DNA of 18,564 nucleotides from a virus (Duplodnaviria; Heunggongvirae; Uroviricota; Caudoviricetes): IMG/VR virus record IMGVR_UViG_2875713109_000004; one strand, 5' to 3'. Shown piece by piece: positions 6,987 to 15,055 of this stretch (position 1 is its first letter; each line of letters starts with the position of its first letter). The notes under the pieces were generated by a model. It saw only the letters and a program-made list of their open reading frames with translations, ran no database searches and was not told where the DNA came from. The position numbers and the translations under genes were made by a program.

Positions 6987-7068
6987 TTACCTGAAAGGTA
7001 ATAATTTTCCTGATTGTTATTCATTCAATTCATATAAGGTTTGACAGGTAATAAACTGTCCTGATGAT
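6987..7068 (+). promoter_or_regulatory. Operator palindrome TTACC-N5-GGTAA (6987-7001) plus candidate promoter (TTGACA 7040-7045, weak -10 about 17 nt downstream) upstream of the tailspike gene
   Basis: Read directly: tTTACCtgaaaGGTAAt; TTGACAGGTAAtaaactgtcctgATGATG; strong GGAG SD before tailspike ATG. The -10 is poor, so promoter activity is uncertain. Confidence 0.4.
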
Positions 7069-7105
7069 GCACGCGCGCCGGGCGCTGCTTTACAGGAGAT
7101 AGGCC

Positions 7106-9457
7106 ATGACGGTATCAACCGTAGTTGACCATAACGATTACATCGGGAACGGCGTTACGACATCCTTCCCGTACAAGTTCCGCATATTTAAGAAAACAGA
7201 TCTGGCTGTATCAGTTGTCGACCTTGACGAAAACATCACGGTTTTGGTGCTGGACACTGACTACACGGTAACAAACGCAGGGGGTTATAACGGCGGCAAT
7301 GTGGTACTAACCTCGCCACTGGCTATCGGCTGGCAGATTTCCATTGCACGCGAGCTGGCGCCAACGCAGGAAACCGACCTGCGGAATCAGGGCAAGTTTT
7401 TCGCCGAGGTGCATGAAGACGCTTTCGATAAGCTGACGATGCTGATCCAGCAGGCATACAGCGTGTTCCGCCTGGCGCTGCGTAAACCGTCCAGCATTGC
7501 GAACTGGTACGACGCCCTTAATAACTACATCAGAAATCTTCGAGACCCACGCGACCCGCAGGATGCGGCAACTAAAAATTATGTTGATACGCTGGCAAGT
7601 AGCAATCTCATCAGAACCTTACGTGTTCCTGAGTCAATCAATCAGTTGCCGGCAGCACTGGAAAGGGCAAATAAAATACCTGCATTTGATAGCTCAGGTA
7701 ATGTTATCGTTGTTCTGCCTCCTTCGGGTTCCGCGTCTGATGTTCTTATTGAATTGGCTAAGCCAACCGGATCAGGTTTAATAGGCTATGGGAACAAAAC
7801 TGTTCAAGAGGCGCTAAATTTAATTTCAGCACGATCTGATCAGTTCGATTCCCTGGAAGAATGGGCGTCTTACAACGCCGAAAAAAAGGTTTTATCATCT
7901 GGAAAGTATTCCATTAGCTCAACTTTGCATATTGAGTGCGAATATCTTGAAATTGAGTCCGGGGTTACTATAAAACCATCATCGGCAATGGTTGCGTTAC
8001 ATTTTGGGAATAACACCAGGAACCTTTTGACGATATTGACGGCAGGGGTGAGTAAGGGTTTAACAAGTTTAACCATTGATGGTGTTAAGTCAGGGGATGT
8101 TTTATGCTTCTGGAATCCATCTGATTTTTCATATTCTGGATTCAGAGATTATTACAGGCAAGGAGAATTTGTCCGCATTTCGAATTACGATGAGACGAAT
8201 GGTGTTGCATATTTTACAGGGGGGCTATGTGATTCTTACCCATCAGGAACCAGAGTTTACAAAATACAAATGAATAAGATTGATGTGACTGGTGAAATTA
8301 TCATTGATTTTCCAGCATATAATTCATCTGCTCTGGGGGTAAGCTTCGAGCAAGTGAGAGACTCTAGTCTTGACGGTTTGAGCGTACTTGTAAAGAATGC
8401 ACCGTATGCATTGCAAATTAAAAGATGTTTAAATGTTATTGGCAATATGGGCTATATAACTCAAAAATCATCACAAACTTCAGGTCTTGATTATGGTCTA
8501 TATATATTGAATAGTCAGTCTTGCACTTTTAATGGGATATTTAGTGCGGAACGACATTCTTCAACTATGACTGGCAATGGAGAAGAATGCTCTATAGTAA
8601 ATAGATATAACAGAGTTTCAGGAACTATATTGACAACTGGGCAGGGCGGGGCAGCAGCCGCAGATTTTCATGGGAATTGTGAGCACAATTCATATAGCGG
8701 GTACATGCAGGGATTGGTATTGGCAGGGCACTGTAACGGAGCGCCTAATGCGCATATTGATTTCGTACCAAACAATCCAAATTGGCCAACCGTGTTAGGC
8801 AGCGAGCTCAAGTCCTTAGAACATGACTTAAGTAATTGTAGAATATATGGCATTGGTGATCCGAACGCATCCAGCAGGGGATGCGTAGATTTCGCCGGAA
8901 ATTCTGATGCTGTTTCTGTAAGTACAGCCATATCAGGTTGCTTAAATTTATCTGAGACCGTCATAGAAACCCCTGCCACATACGCCATCAACATACGCAA
9001 CAGAGGATCACAGGTAGCATACGATATCAATCTCAACGGGATAAAAGTCAGAGGAACCAGCGGCAATAGAGCGATCAGAATCTCATCCGTTTCTGGAGTT
9101 GATGCGACTGACGTGATGCTTTCAGGCATATCTATAACGCAGGGAATGGCAATCGATGTACCGTCCTCATCAAGGAAAGTAGGGCTCAGCATGGCGGGTA
9201 AAGCAAGTGTTGTCGTTGCAAATAACGCCTCTACAGGAACCGTTTCCGTATCATTCCCATACATAATGCCTGGCGCGCCATCATCTATTGTCACAAGTCG
9301 TGGAGGTGCCGTTAGCGGAGTATCAAGCTCAAAAGTGTCAACATCTTATACCTCTGCATCATCAACTGGCTTCAGTGCTTATGCATATACTAATGATGGC
9401 TCCACGTTAACTTATGGCGCGATTACTGCTGAGGTGAACTGGTTGGCTAGTTGGTAG
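7106..9457 (+). CDS. Phage tailspike / tail fibre protein with probable beta-helix (depolymerase-type) receptor-binding domain
   Basis: Track ORF 783 aa; N-terminal GNGVTTSFPYKFRIFKKTDLAVSVVDL and DAATKNYVD motifs typical of tail-fibre virion-anchor regions; the remaining ~600 aa is Ser/Gly/Asn/Thr-rich and repetitive like right-handed beta-helix tailspikes; AT-richer than the N-terminal part. Confidence 0.8.
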   Translation: MTVSTVVDHNDYIGNGVTTSFPYKFRIFKKTDLAVSVVDLDENITVLVLDTDYTVTNAGGYNGGNVVLTSPLAIGWQISIARELAPTQETDLRNQGKFFAEVHEDAFDKLTMLIQQAYSVFRLALRKPSSIANWYDALNNYIRNLRDPRDPQDAATKNYVDTLASSNLIRTLRVPESINQLPAALERANKIPAFDSSGNVIVVLPPSGSASDVLIELAKPTGSGLIGYGNKTVQEALNLISARSDQFDSLEEWASYNAEKKVLSSGKYSISSTLHIECEYLEIESGVTIKPSSAMVALHFGNNTRNLLTILTAGVSKGLTSLTIDGVKSGDVLCFWNPSDFSYSGFRDYYRQGEFVRISNYDETNGVAYFTGGLCDSYPSGTRVYKIQMNKIDVTGEIIIDFPAYNSSALGVSFEQVRDSSLDGLSVLVKNAPYALQIKRCLNVIGNMGYITQKSSQTSGLDYGLYILNSQSCTFNGIFSAERHSSTMTGNGEECSIVNRYNRVSGTILTTGQGGAAAADFHGNCEHNSYSGYMQGLVLAGHCNGAPNAHIDFVPNNPNWPTVLGSELKSLEHDLSNCRIYGIGDPNASSRGCVDFAGNSDAVSVSTAISGCLNLSETVIETPATYAINIRNRGSQVAYDINLNGIKVRGTSGNRAIRISSVSGVDATDVMLSGISITQGMAIDVPSSSRKVGLSMAGKASVVVANNASTGTVSVSFPYIMPGAPSSIVTSRGGAVSGVSSSKVSTSYTSASSTGFSAYAYTNDGSTLTYGAITAEVNWLASW

Positions 9458-9605
9458 TGAATCTTTGATCGAGGGAGACAGGCCATGGAAGGCCTATTAG
9501 GAGCACAACTCCAAATGTTGGCAGCCTTAAAGTGTTTATGTATGCGACGATTCTGATAGAATCACAAAATCTATATGTATTTCTATTAAGAGCGGTGTTC
9601 TGAAT

Positions 9606-10817
9606 ATGAAGGGAAATGTACGCAAACGTAGCATTTGGTTGCTTTTTTTGTCATTTATGTTAGTAACTATATCACTTACTAAAACAAGCCCCACCCACGA
9701 GGAAGTGGTAAATATATTAAGAATAGCCATAGGTGGGGTTGCAATTTTGTTTTTTATTACGGATGTAATATTTACTGTTTTAAATAGATACATTTCTAGA
9801 ACTAGATTTTTCGTATTGTCAGTGGGGTTCTTTTTACTCCTGTATGGTATTGTAGGTAGCGTTGCCTTTGGTGGATTTAGTTATTTTGTTGAAAACCCAG
9901 AATTATTAGCAATTATATCATTGTCTATTGTCTTTCTCTGGGCTTCGTCAGCCGTGGGGGGGGAATTATCATTCCGTGACGTCGATGTATTTTTTCGGAA
10001 ATGGGTGCCGATATATTGCTTTGTGGCTTTTATAATTACAGTGGGTTCAGGAGGTTTTTCCATTGCATTTCCCCCAAAATTCATTTTCAATGATGCTGCT
10101 ATTGACTCATATTCTCAGGGTATATCTAAGGTATACATGATCGGAGCATTGTTAACTCTTATATCCTTTACTAAATACAATAAAAAAATATCTTTAGTTT
10201 TTTCTGTTTTCTTTTTGCTTCTTTCTTTTCTTGGTGGTGCAAGGGGGGACTTTGGCATAGGATTCATACTCTACTCATTCATTGTGATGGTTTATAACAA
10301 GAAGCTTGGTGCAATATCTTTATTGCTGGCAGTTGTTGTTTCCTCCTTATCATTTATGAGCATGTCAGAATTAAGCCAAGATTTTTATATTATCAATAGG
10401 TTTATGCAGTTAGATTCATCAAATCTGGGGCAGCGAGACGTGTTGGCTGGCAATGCTTTAACTTTATTAAGCGAAAACACAGTCTGTGTATTTACAGGAT
10501 GTGGCTTTAACGCATTTCAGTATTTCTGGGGATATAGAGTAGGGCTTTATCCGCATAATGTCATGATTGAGGCAGCCATTACTTTCGGGCTTCCCTTGGC
10601 TGCATTATTAGTATGTGCATACATTTATTGTCTATTCAAATCATTTCTAAATGGCAAATTACTTAATGGCTTTACCATAATAGGAATCTATTTGGTGGCT
10701 ATCGGCATGAAAAGCGGTACGATCATTGATCTCACATTAGTGAGTTTTGTTTTAAATATGATCGTTACAACTCTTGCAATGCCTAAACCCGTCATAGCCA
10801 CGCAGTCTGTAAATTAA
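9606..10817 (+). CDS. Polytopic membrane protein, Wzy/O-antigen-ligase-like (O-antigen polymerase family)
   Basis: Track ORF 403 aa, multiple hydrophobic spans; conserved-looking GGARGD and YPHNVMIEAAITFG (Arg and His-Asn as in Wzy_C domains); low GC; directly follows tailspike as in epsilon15-type seroconverting phages (recalled, not searched). Confidence 0.55.
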   Translation: MKGNVRKRSIWLLFLSFMLVTISLTKTSPTHEEVVNILRIAIGGVAILFFITDVIFTVLNRYISRTRFFVLSVGFFLLLYGIVGSVAFGGFSYFVENPELLAIISLSIVFLWASSAVGGELSFRDVDVFFRKWVPIYCFVAFIITVGSGGFSIAFPPKFIFNDAAIDSYSQGISKVYMIGALLTLISFTKYNKKISLVFSVFFLLLSFLGGARGDFGIGFILYSFIVMVYNKKLGAISLLLAVVVSSLSFMSMSELSQDFYIINRFMQLDSSNLGQRDVLAGNALTLLSENTVCVFTGCGFNAFQYFWGYRVGLYPHNVMIEAAITFGLPLAALLVCAYIYCLFKSFLNGKLLNGFTIIGIYLVAIGMKSGTIIDLTLVSFVLNMIVTTLAMPKPVIATQSVN

Positions 10818-10824
10818 TATTGTT

Positions 10825-10852
10825 AAGGCGTACAAATGTACGCCTTTTTTTT
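10825..10852 (+). terminator. Rho-independent terminator after the Wzy-like gene
   Basis: AAGGCGTAC-aaat-GTACGCCTT perfect 9-bp stem followed by TTTTTTTTA. Confidence 0.7.
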
Positions 10853-12320
10853 ATCGTTTATAAATAGTGTAGTATGAATACTTGTCTATAATATCATACC
10901 CAGATAACTTCCTATCGCTGATAATATATTTTATATGATTATTGTCATTTAATAATTTTTCAACGTTTGATGGTTTTTTCGTCATAATATGCTCAGCATT
11001 GGAAAGGCATGCAGTAAACACTTGCATTCTGAATGCCTTATCCAAAACAAAAAGAGCATTCCCGCCATCCGAATACTCACATATTTTATTCATTTCAGCA
11101 TACTGATATTCAATTGCACCATCTTTTTTGAACACATAGACAGAAGACGCAGCTATTATAATCGCAAGCGGCAATGGCAATTTAGTGTTTATTTGAATGG
11201 CTTCATGTATTATAACGCAGTAAGCGAGTGCATAAACAGGTAATGCCGGATAAATATATCTTATGGTTTTATATGGCGCAAAATAAAGAATCGCAAGAGA
11301 CCATATCGTTACAGTGAAAAGAATAAACAATATAAACCAGTTTTTGTCAATGCACTTGCGCTTCAAGAGTTTAAATGAAACCAGAGCAACTGAAGCTAAC
11401 AATATCAATACTGGGAACAGATAGTTCTGACTCAGAAACTTAAATGCCAATAACGAAGATTTGAAATTATTCCAAAAATCAGATGTTTTTGATAGCGCCT
11501 CGGTTTGTCGATAACCAAAGACGAATAAATACTTCGGGTAAATAAGATAACCTACAGCAAGGCTTACAAAAATCACTAGCGAGCAGGCTTTAGCTAGATC
11601 TTTGTAAGTTAACTCTTTTTTAGCCAAGCAATATATTAATGTAAAAAAGAGGACCAAAAGGACAAAGGGTATTGAAAAATATCCTGTCAGTAAGGTGAAG
11701 GCTGTGACAACACCATATGCAATAAGGAAGGAGGCGCTTCTTCTTTGTCTTTCTATGAAGAGAAAAGACATAAAAAGGAAGGCAATAAACATTGTCTCCT
11801 GTAGTTGATATGGCCTTGCAAATATTGTATTTGAGATGGTGCCAGACCCAATAAAGGCAATAAGCAATCCTGAGATGGTAACAACATGCGATTTGAATAG
11901 CCTATGTAATAATGCTGAAAATGTTGTGAAGGAGATGCAGAAAAATAAAACGTTTAATTGCAACGCCCATCCTAGAGTAAATCTGAAATCGCTCGTATTA
12001 ATTCCAGTAAACCAAATTCGAAGAATAGAATAATAGAGGTTGCTGTGCGGGGTATCGCGGTTGTCATGCCAAAGCTTTACAACATCATTCAGCATTCCTG
12101 AAAATGTTGGGTCGTTAAACCACATCGCACCCCTGAATTGATCTCCTGTCATTATTACTATATCATGCAACAATGACTTGCTATTATATGAGGCCAAAAT
12201 AAAAGACTGCGATTCATCAATATGAATACCAGCCCTTGACAACAGCCAATACTCCCTCATAAACAACAAAAATAAAAAAGTTACCGAATAATAAAATATC
12301 ACATAATATTTATTTCTCAT
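10851..12320 (-). CDS. GtrC-like serotype-specific O-antigen glycosyltransferase (polytopic membrane protein)
   Basis: Track ORF 10851..12395; start placed at ATG 12320 ([11 protein letters not shown]...) which overlaps the 3' end of gtrB by 11 nt; highly hydrophobic; third gene of a gtrA-gtrB-gtrC arrangement; very low GC. GtrC proteins are divergent, so assignment rests on position and topology. Confidence 0.55.
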   Translation of the reverse strand: MRNKYYVIFYYSVTFLFLLFMREYWLLSRAGIHIDESQSFILASYNSKSLLHDIVIMTGDQFRGAMWFNDPTFSGMLNDVVKLWHDNRDTPHSNLYYSILRIWFTGINTSDFRFTLGWALQLNVLFFCISFTTFSALLHRLFKSHVVTISGLLIAFIGSGTISNTIFARPYQLQETMFIAFLFMSFLFIERQRRSASFLIAYGVVTAFTLLTGYFSIPFVLLVLFFTLIYCLAKKELTYKDLAKACSLVIFVSLAVGYLIYPKYLFVFGYRQTEALSKTSDFWNNFKSSLLAFKFLSQNYLFPVLILLASVALVSFKLLKRKCIDKNWFILFILFTVTIWSLAILYFAPYKTIRYIYPALPVYALAYCVIIHEAIQINTKLPLPLAIIIAASSVYVFKKDGAIEYQYAEMNKICEYSDGGNALFVLDKAFRMQVFTACLSNAEHIMTKKPSNVEKLLNDNNHIKYIISDRKLSGYDIIDKYSYYTIYKR

Positions 12321-13239
12321 TTTTATTTTTCCCTTTGGGGATGTATCTAGGCCTGCCCTTGCTTTCAATGTAAATCCTGCCAATGTACTCACCAAGGACG
12401 CCTATACCTATAAGTTGCACCCCACCTAGAAACAGTATAGATACCAGTAAAGATGGATATCCCCTTACTTTATTCCCAAAGGCGACGGTATCAAATATCA
12501 TCCATGCTCCATATAGAAAAGAAAATCCAGCCACAATTAGACCGATGTATGTCCACATGCGCAGCGGGAATGTAGAGAAACTTGTGATGCCTTCCAGCGC
12601 CAGATTCCAAAGCTTCCAGCCATTAAATTTAGAATCACCGGCAACGCGCTCAGCTCTGGCATATTCGACCACATCAGTACGACCGCCAACCCAGCTCAGC
12701 ACGCCTTTCATAAAGAGATTGCGTTCTGGCATGAGCTTAATGTTTTCTACGACTTCGCGAGACATAAGTCGGAAGTCACCAACGTTCTCTTCTATTTTGG
12801 GGTTACTAATTTTGTTATGTAGTTTATAAAACCACTCAGCAGACTTCCTTTTGAGCCGGCTGTCAGTGGAACGATTAGCGCGCTTAGCCAGAACCATATC
12901 AGCGCCTTCATGCCATTTCTTTATGAGGTGCGGGATAACCTCGATAGGGTCTTGCAGATCCACATCAATCGGGATAATCGCGTCACCGTTAGCGTTATCA
13001 AGTCCGGCAAATAGCGCAGGCTCTTTACCAAAGTTGCGAGTGAATGACAGAGGTACCACAAGCGGATCTGAAACAGCTAACGCATTAATAATAGATTCTG
13101 TCGCGTCTTTGCTTCCGTCGTTGATAAATACGATTTCAACTTCATACTGCTTTAATTCTTCAAATTCCCGAACTGTTTTATAGAAGATAGGAATGGCATC
13201 TTCTTCATTAAAAACAGGAACGACCAAAGAGATTTTCAT
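12310..13239 (-). CDS. gtrB: GtrB, bactoprenol glucosyltransferase (GT2 family)
   Basis: Track ORF 309 aa; N-terminal [13 protein letters not shown]...INDGSKD and D-x-D-type GT2 motifs, C-terminal membrane anchor; start overlaps gtrA stop (ATGA). Confidence 0.85.
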   Translation of the reverse strand: MKISLVVPVFNEEDAIPIFYKTVREFEELKQYEVEIVFINDGSKDATESIINALAVSDPLVVPLSFTRNFGKEPALFAGLDNANGDAIIPIDVDLQDPIEVIPHLIKKWHEGADMVLAKRANRSTDSRLKRKSAEWFYKLHNKISNPKIEENVGDFRLMSREVVENIKLMPERNLFMKGVLSWVGGRTDVVEYARAERVAGDSKFNGWKLWNLALEGITSFSTFPLRMWTYIGLIVAGFSFLYGAWMIFDTVAFGNKVRGYPSLLVSILFLGGVQLIGIGVLGEYIGRIYIESKGRPRYIPKGKNKNEK

Positions 13240-13610
13240 TTCGCATCCCTAAAAACAATGAATTTAGAATAAATAAACCCACAAACAAGACTGATGGCAG
13301 AGAAGCCAACCAGCGTGACTATTGGCGGCAGGCCACATCTGTCAGCAGACCAGCCAACAACAGCGCTCAGGCAGCCCATAAAACCAACATAGAGCATATA
13401 ACGCATGGTGGTTGTCTGAGAATTAAACGTGAACTTAGCATTTGCATAAAAACTGAACGACACAGCAATTACGAAACCTGCGAAGTTAGCGAGTGCCTGA
13501 TTTGTATGCAGTCCGTAGATGCAAACTGCGAAAACTACCCAGTGTATCAGGGTATTGAGGACACCGACTGATGTGTACTTTAAGAATATTTTTAACACAA
13601 TGCATTCCAT
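13236..13610 (-). CDS. gtrA: GtrA, small membrane flippase component of O-antigen glucosylation
   Basis: C-terminal ~120 aa of track ORF 13236..13712 (…[41 protein letters not shown]...FIVFRDAK) matches GtrA family as recalled from P22/Shigella phage GtrA. The long track ORF starts at a TTG and is probably an over-extension; true start is the ATG near 13610 or a GTG near 13598 giving MLKIFLKY. My hand indexing of this 5' end was inconsistent by 2 nt, so treat the start coordinate as approximate. Confidence 0.8.
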   Translation of the reverse strand: MECIVLKIFLKYTSVGVLNTLIHWVVFAVCIYGLHTNQALANFAGFVIAVSFSFYANAKFTFNSQTTTMRYMLYVGFMGCLSAVVGWSADRCGLPPIVTLVGFSAISLVCGFIYSKFIVFRDAK

Positions 13611-13630
13611 GTGACAGAAACAGTAGTTTA

Positions 13631-13645
13631 TCACCTTTAGGGTAA
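13631..13645. promoter_or_regulatory. Operator-like site TCACC-N5-GGTAA (one mismatch to TTACC-N5-GGTAA) in the divergent gap between gtrA and the lysis cassette
   Basis: Read directly: tcACCtttagGGTAAt. Coordinates approximate given the indexing uncertainty noted for gtrA. Confidence 0.3.
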
Positions 13646-13751
13646 TTTCCTTAAGAGTTATTCGATGAAATTTAATCCACATATGGTTTATTGTGTATGA
13701 TGAACTCACCAACTAAGGGGGGTTCTTTATGCACATTAAACGGTGGTCACT

Positions 13752-14156
13752 ATGTCGCACTCGTTAACCACGGAATCGCTTAATCAGGGGATTAGCCTGA
13801 GTGCGCTAATGTCTGTGGTCGCGGGTGTGCCGCCGGAAGTGGCTTTAGGGGCGCTGGCTGGTGCGGTAATTTTTGTTACCTCAGCGGTGGAGTATCCCAT
13901 AAAGCGGCGGTTACTTCTGACGTTCCTCAGCTTCTTTTGCGGCCTTCTCTTCTACAAAGCGACAGCATCAATTCTGATAGGCGTGGCCAGCCTGGTACCG
14001 ACGATCACGCAGGACTCTTTCGAGAAGGGGATTGTGTTTTCTGCCGGGGCTTTCATTTCATCTATCGTCGCTGTCCGCATTGGCATCTGGCTGTATCACC
14101 GTTCTGAAAATCCGCGCGACCTGATCCCGGGGAGAAAAGACGATGACCAGTCCTGA
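13752..14156 (+). CDS. Putative holin / lysis-associated membrane protein
   Basis: Track ORF 13743..14156; ATG at 13752 (MSHSLTTESLNQ) with GGTGG SD; 3-4 hydrophobic helices and charged C-terminus (HRSENPRDLIPGRKDDDQS); sits directly upstream of the endolysin. Confidence 0.5.
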   Translation: MSHSLTTESLNQGISLSALMSVVAGVPPEVALGALAGAVIFVTSAVEYPIKRRLLLTFLSFFCGLLFYKATASILIGVASLVPTITQDSFEKGIVFSAGAFISSIVAVRIGIWLYHRSENPRDLIPGRKDDDQS

Positions 14157-14436
14157 ACTGCTTCTCATCCTTAACGCTACTATCTGCGGAGGCATTGCAA
14201 TTAGAGTGCTTCTGTTCCGCCGTGATGGGTCACGCCATCGCTGGTGGGGTGGATGGCTCGCCTACCTGCTGATCGTCGTGGTTGCCAGCGTACCCATCCG
14301 CACATTCTACGGGTACTACGTCAGCGCTGACTGGTCAGAAGTCATCATCAAAGCTGTGTTCCTAGCTGCTCTCATCAAGACAAAAGGGAACGTGGTGCAA
14401 ATTTTCAAGATAACGAGGTCACAGCATGGACATTAA
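14143..14436 (+). CDS. Small membrane protein (second holin/antiholin-like protein)
   Basis: Track ORF 97 aa with 2-3 hydrophobic spans; GGAG SD; overlaps upstream gene by 14 nt and endolysin start by 11 nt. Confidence 0.5.
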   Translation: MTSPELLLILNATICGGIAIRVLLFRRDGSRHRWWGGWLAYLLIVVVASVPIRTFYGYYVSADWSEVIIKAVFLAALIKTKGNVVQIFKITRSQHGH

Positions 14437-15055
14437 CCAATTCCGCCGCGCCGCCGGCATTACTGAGCAGCTGGCCGTACGCTGGTTCCCGCATATTATC
14501 GCGGCGATGAAAGAGTTTGGCATCGTCGAACCCGAGCACCAGGCGATGTTTATCGCCCAGGCGGGGCACGAGTCTCGCGGATTTAGTCGGTTGGTGGAGA
14601 GTATGGATTACAGTATTGCAGGCCTGGCTGATTTCGTTCGCTATGGGCGACTCACCCAGGAACAGGCTAATGTTTTGGGCCGTCGATCGTATGAAAAAGT
14701 GCTTCCGATAGAGCGCCAGCGTGCGATCGCCAACCTGGTGTACAGCAAAAGAATGGGGAACAACGGTCCGACTGACGGCTGGTTTTACCTCGGGCGCGGG
14801 CTTATCCAGATCACCGGGCTGAACAACTATCGCGACTGCGGCAATGGCCTGAAGGTGGATCTGGTTAAGCAGCCTGAGCTGCTGGCGCAGGACGAATACG
14901 CGGCCCGCAGCGCGGCGTGGTTCTTCGCAACCAAAGGCTGCATGAAGTACACCGGCGACCTGGTGCGCGTCACGCAGATCATCAATGGTGGGCAGAACGG
15001 CATCGACGACCGGCGTGCGCGGTATATCACTGCCAGTAAGGTGCTGGCGGTATGA
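14426..15055 (+). CDS. Endolysin, glycoside hydrolase family 19 (chitinase-like lysozyme)
   Basis: Track ORF 209 aa; MDINQFRRAAGITEQLAVRWFPHI...FIAQAGHESRGF...YSKRMGNNGPTDGWFYLGRGLIQITGLNNYR closely resembles GH19 endolysins of Salmonella phages as recalled; GAGG SD. Confidence 0.88.
   Translation: MDINQFRRAAGITEQLAVRWFPHIIAAMKEFGIVEPEHQAMFIAQAGHESRGFSRLVESMDYSIAGLADFVRYGRLTQEQANVLGRRSYEKVLPIERQRAIANLVYSKRMGNNGPTDGWFYLGRGLIQITGLNNYRDCGNGLKVDLVKQPELLAQDEYAARSAAWFFATKGCMKYTGDLVRVTQIINGGQNGIDDRRARYITASKVLAV

Noticed and set aside
6808-7044. Plus-strand 78-aa ORF spanning the LexA box and operator palindrome
   Set aside because: It runs straight across regulatory DNA (LexA box, operator, -35 element), has no SD, and overlaps the more protein-like minus-strand ORF; judged non-coding.
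7042-7059. GACAGGTAATAAACTGTC as a second LexA box
   Set aside because: The arrangement is ACAG...CTGT with a 10-nt spacer, not CTGT-N8-ACAG; it is better explained as an operator half-site (ACAGGTAA) plus chance inverted repeat.
7497-9294. Internal ORFs within the tailspike gene on both strands (for example 7497..7781, 8076..8273, 8668..9294)
   Set aside because: Nested in or antisense to a 783-aa ORF with a recognisable tail-fibre N-terminus; the 208-aa antisense ORF reflects low stop-codon frequency, not a gene.
9458-9605. Possible terminator hairpin AGGCC-atggaa-GGCCT after the tailspike gene
   Set aside because: Short 5-bp stem with no downstream T-run; not convincing as an intrinsic terminator, so tailspike and the Wzy-like gene may be co-transcribed.
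12383-13183. Plus-strand ORFs antisense to gtrB (148 aa and 110 aa)
   Set aside because: gtrB on the minus strand is strongly supported by GT2 motifs; antisense ORFs are Ser/Thr/Pro-rich low-complexity.
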